39,956 nucleotides of DNA from Nemertoderma westbladi (lineage: Eukaryota > Animalia > Xenacoelomorpha), in contig JAUCBJ010000791.1 of the NCBI GenBank assembly GCA_032718475.1, forward strand, positions 1 to 39,956. Direction: 5' to 3'. Made by a program: the position numbers and the translations under genes. Position 1 is the first letter of the stretch. Every line of letters starts with the position of its first letter. The notes beneath the pieces are model-generated. The model saw only the letters and a list, made by a program, of their open reading frames with translations, ran no database searches and was not told where the DNA came from. This document shows, piece after piece, positions 36,433 through 39,956 of this stretch.

Positions 36433-36791
36433 ATGATATTTATTATATTGTATAATATCCCATTCCCATGCATAGACGAATACCATATCGCACTAAATAA
36501 TATACAAAAGGCAATAAGAAAAACCTACAAGATAAATTCCAATATCTTCACTTAACATTACAAATTCCATGAAATTCCCATATCTTATTATTAAATACAC
36601 ACACTCTTGTGTTCCTGAGACTGTATTCGCATGTGAGGGGCGGGAGCTTCAAATCACAATTATTGCTACGGGCGATAAAACTAACTGCACCAGTAAAAGT
36701 TGAGTCCAAGTGAGTCAATTTAGTGACCCCAGGCCGAATAAAACTGAGGATATACCTTTATTTACGCTTAACTTGAAATCATAAGCAACAT

Positions 36792-38897
36792 CTATAGTTC
36801 TACAATGACAGGCCCTAAAGTTCCCTCAATACGATTCGACACCAACTCATCCATGCCCTTATATAGAGAGACGCTGCAATCCCCGCAGATACTCCCTGGA
36901 TCCAGGGTCCCAACCGAGATACCGTCGCGGATATAGACCGCGGGACGACTCAACGAGAGAACCCCCGCACCGGTAGCGCAATCCGCGTCGTGTACCGCGT
37001 TGGGAACCCTCATACTGCATTGCGATCCGGACTGGATCCCGCTGGACAACCCGGCCCGATGGAACCGGTCACCGACTACCGCGAAACACAAAGCGAGTTT
37101 CTTATTAACAATGAGTTGTCGTTTAGCGCGAGTCGCCGCGACGTACAGCAGGTTGTACTCGTCCCTCGGAAATCCTCGCAACGACTTGATCAACGACTCT
37201 ATACGGAGTTCGCCCAACGCGATCCCGTTCCACGCGGTCTCCCTCGGGGTCTGCAGATAGTCGTCGTACAGCTGCACACAATCGAACTCCAACCCTTTAG
37301 ACTTGTGGGCCGTCGTGAGGACGACGTTAGGTTTGAGTTTATCGATATCTACGATTCTACTTTCAACCTCCCGCAACAACCTAGGAAGACTCGCCCCGTA
37401 TCGCTCAACCAACAACAGTTTCCACACGATGTCCTTTTCTCCGGCTTTAACTCGGTAATGCTCTGTCATTTCCTTAAGATTTTGAAACCTCTCGAATTGC
37501 CTCTTAACAAACCATTCGCGGACACGATGTCTCTCTCCTTGGACGAACCACTTACAGGCGTTTAGTAAGAATTGGGTGTCGAGGAAAGAGATCCCTCCAG
37601 GGAAACCGATAGTAACAGAAGAGCAAGACGGATCGCTTACTAAGTCAACGGCCTGGCAGAAAACGCTGAAATTACTGCGACAGATGATCGCCGTCTGTTG
37701 GGCCACTGGCGTCTCATCCGGGGATCCACATTGGTTGTAGTAGCTGAAGGGCCGAGTCCCTACCCACCCGGGTTTATTGGAGCCCAAGAGGAGTTGATCC
37801 CTGGAGGAGCTGGACTCCTCCCCCATCAGCGCCTCCCGTATCGTCTGTCCGACGTAGGCGATCGCCGGCCCGAATCGGAAGCTCTGCGTGAGATGGAACG
37901 TGCGACTGGCGCGGATCGAGGACAGGATGTTAACGGCGCCGCGGAACCCGTAGACCTGTTGGTTGGGGTCCCCGACCAGGATCTTAGCGCATCGTTGACT
38001 CATAATGATATCACGGGCGCACGGCGAGCAGTCCTGCGCCTCGTCGACGAGAATACAACCGAAGTTGTAATCCTTACAGAGATCCGGCCTAGTCAGTTGC
38101 CACAACTTTAGATACCCATCGTGGGTTATCGCGACATCTTTGTTGTTCTTATCCGCCGCTTTCCGCCACACATCGCGACTCTCACGACAAGCCCGTTCGA
38201 TATCTTCCGGTTTGAGTTTCCGACTCTTTCCGGTCTCCTCGGAATCTTCTTCTTCCGAGAACTCGAACTCTTCCGGGACGTGTTCCTTCCCGAGTTGGTC
38301 ATCATCCGAAGCCATAAAGTTCTCGAGGGTTTTTATCACGAGTTTGGCGCGCGTGAATATACACCCGGATCCCTTCCCCATCTCGAGTTTATACGCGATG
38401 GAATCGTTGCGGAAACTCCCGCACAACTTCGGTTTGGACTGCGATTTATTCCGGTATTGTTTCCCAACGTCGTTGTAAGCTAACGAGTGTAACGTCTTGC
38501 AAACAACGTTAGGAGGGAAGCTAGCACTAGCGTAGATAGCGATCGCCTTGTTGTAACAGATGTAAAGAAAGCGAATGTGAGGCCGAGATTTCGCAAACTC
38601 TCTCAGAGTTGTTGTCTTTCCTGTACCGGCGAACGCGATTATTTTAACGCACTCGCATTGCGCGAGAGACAACGGGTGCTTGATGATCCGTAACTGTTCG
38701 TGGGTTAGCGGTAAGGGAGGGGGCGGTTGTCTGGAGGGCGATATATCCGATAGGGTACGGAAGACTGCTTGTCTGGGGGGTGGTCGCTCCATGAAGGCCT
38801 TGGTACGGGTGAGTCCTTCCTCATTCTCGTACATGTGTAACCCGTGGTAGACATTGTAATACAAGTAGAAAGGGGTGCCAAACCGCTGGTAGAATAT
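36792..38897 (-). CDS. FBH1: F-box DNA helicase 1, terminal exon (UvrD-like SF1 helicase)
   Basis: Acceptor ttccag| at 38898. Motifs AFAGTGKT, LVDEAQD, VGDPNQQVYGFRGA, LTQSFRFG, TAHKSKGLEFD and NLLYVAATRAK; stop TAG; AATAAA at 36757-36762 (- strand). Confidence 0.92.
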   Translation of the reverse strand: MFYQRFGTPFYLYYNVYHGLHMYENEEGLTRTKAFMERPPPRQAVFRTLSDISPSRQPPPPLPLTHEQLRIIKHPLSLAQCECVKIIAFAGTGKTTTLREFAKSRPHIRFLYICYNKAIAIYASASFPPNVVCKTLHSLAYNDVGKQYRNKSQSKPKLCGSFRNDSIAYKLEMGKGSGCIFTRAKLVIKTLENFMASDDDQLGKEHVPEEFEFSEEEDSEETGKSRKLKPEDIERACRESRDVWRKAADKNNKDVAITHDGYLKLWQLTRPDLCKDYNFGCILVDEAQDCSPCARDIIMSQRCAKILVGDPNQQVYGFRGAVNILSSIRASRTFHLTQSFRFGPAIAYVGQTIREALMGEESSSSRDQLLLGSNKPGWVGTRPFSYYNQCGSPDETPVAQQTAIICRSNFSVFCQAVDLVSDPSCSSVTIGFPGGISFLDTQFLLNACKWFVQGERHRVREWFVKRQFERFQNLKEMTEHYRVKAGEKDIVWKLLLVERYGASLPRLLREVESRIVDIDKLKPNVVLTTAHKSKGLEFDCVQLYDDYLQTPRETAWNGIALGELRIESLIKSLRGFPRDEYNLLYVAATRAKRQLIVNKKLALCFAVVGDRFHRAGLSSGIQSGSQCSMRVPNAVHDADCATGAGVLSLSRPAVYIRDGISVGTLDPGSICGDCSVSLYKGMDELVSNRIEGTLGPVIVEL

Positions 38898-39384
38898 CTG
38901 GAATGGTAAAATTTCACCAAAATTGTATAAGTATCTATTAATCAAATCTAAAGACGTGCGTGCGTTATTAGATTAATAACTGTTAGATCTGATGAACTCC
39001 TATCGGAAATAACCATCAATGGGAAGTGGTATGATTTCACTTCCTTAATTATTAATTAAAAATTGATAATTAACCCACCATATTAATTCCTAATTAAATC
39101 TTTAAATTCTCCCAGCTGGGATTAATGCAGTAATGTCATTCTAACTTTTAGTGAGTTAATGCAAATTACAATATTAAATTAATATTGACATTATTTTAAG
39201 CCGTCAACATAATAAATAAATAATTAATTGTTGAAGAATGTTATGTTTATGCAGGATGACATTAAACAAAGCTTCGTGTTTAACATGCAGGGTAAATGGG
39301 GTCGAACTCTGGACCTCTGATTTGGCAGCTTACTCAACCAATATTTCTTTGCTACCGGTAGAAATAATAAAATATGCGACTTAC

Positions 39385-39956
39385 CTGTAAGTGTGTAGCT
39401 ACACAATATAAAGCTTCCACTATGTATATAATCAGACATTGTGTTTGACACAAAGTAATTAAACGCCTAACGGATTGAGCATCTGGAGACAGAATCGCCA
39501 AACAGGCGACCAACGAACCAACACTCAGCACGGCATCGCTATCAGACACTTTACGCAGACAGGCCTCCGCCAACGGAAACTGACGGTGGAGTTTCAGCTG
39601 GGAAATAATGTCATCAGAATTCGAAGGTTCGTGAATATTTCTGAAGGTTTTCATTTTCTTTATTAGTTGGATAAGACAATCAGCGCTTGTGATTCCATCA
39701 CTGTCGATATCTTCTGTTAAGGTTTCTTTGCATTCTAGAACGAGTCTCGCTACATCCGATTGATTATCGACTGTAAACTGTTGAGATTCCACCCTAATAT
39801 CGTCTCGATTACAAACCTTAACCATATAGAAAGTTCTCTTCCACGGGAGAAATGTCTTGCCCATTATTATACCATTGAACCTTTTGCAACAGCAAGTTAC
39901 ATTCAAATATAGATCGAACGCGGGTACCATCGCAAATATGTTCTCTAACACTTCTA
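39385..39956 (-). CDS. FBH1: FBH1 upstream exon with F-box (runs off the window)
   Basis: EVLENIFAMVPAFDLYLNVTCCCKRF...FLPWKR resembles the FBXO18 F-box. Donor CAG|GTAAGT joins in phase 0 to 38897. Confidence 0.88.

Noticed and set aside
29746-38483. Short antisense or alternative-frame ORFs over gag-pol and FBH1
   Set aside because: They are shadow ORFs of long coding frames with no recognisable motifs.
36792-38945. Bacterial UvrD or Helitron helicase
   Set aside because: It is spliced in frame to an F-box exon with FBH1-type motifs, and it is not PIF1-like.

Overview
This is eukaryotic (animal-type) genomic DNA. The + strand carries six spliced exons of an MRP1/ABCC1-like ABC transporter (TMD1 to NBD1; 105-24656). 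Four of the five introns between them are inflated by their own minisatellite (35, 13, ~24 and 35 bp units), and the fifth holds a short 37-bp repeat. Two of the arrays are built from the adjacent splice site. One is ~80 AG-less copies of the exon-4 acceptor tract. The other is ~105 copies of the exon-5 end plus 5' donor. The introns also hold nested MITEs, a Helitron relic, an RTE LINE tail and two long hairpins. After exon 6 come a cluster of decayed transposons (Gypsy, Copia, Sola-like, LINE ORF1) and a BEL/Pao LTR retrotransposon with an intact 2286-aa ORF but mismatched LTRs and no TSD. The window ends with the 3' part of an intron-poor FBH1/FBXO18 F-box helicase gene on the - strand. The next ABCC exon was not found. 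All calls are from reading the sequence by eye; no searches were run.
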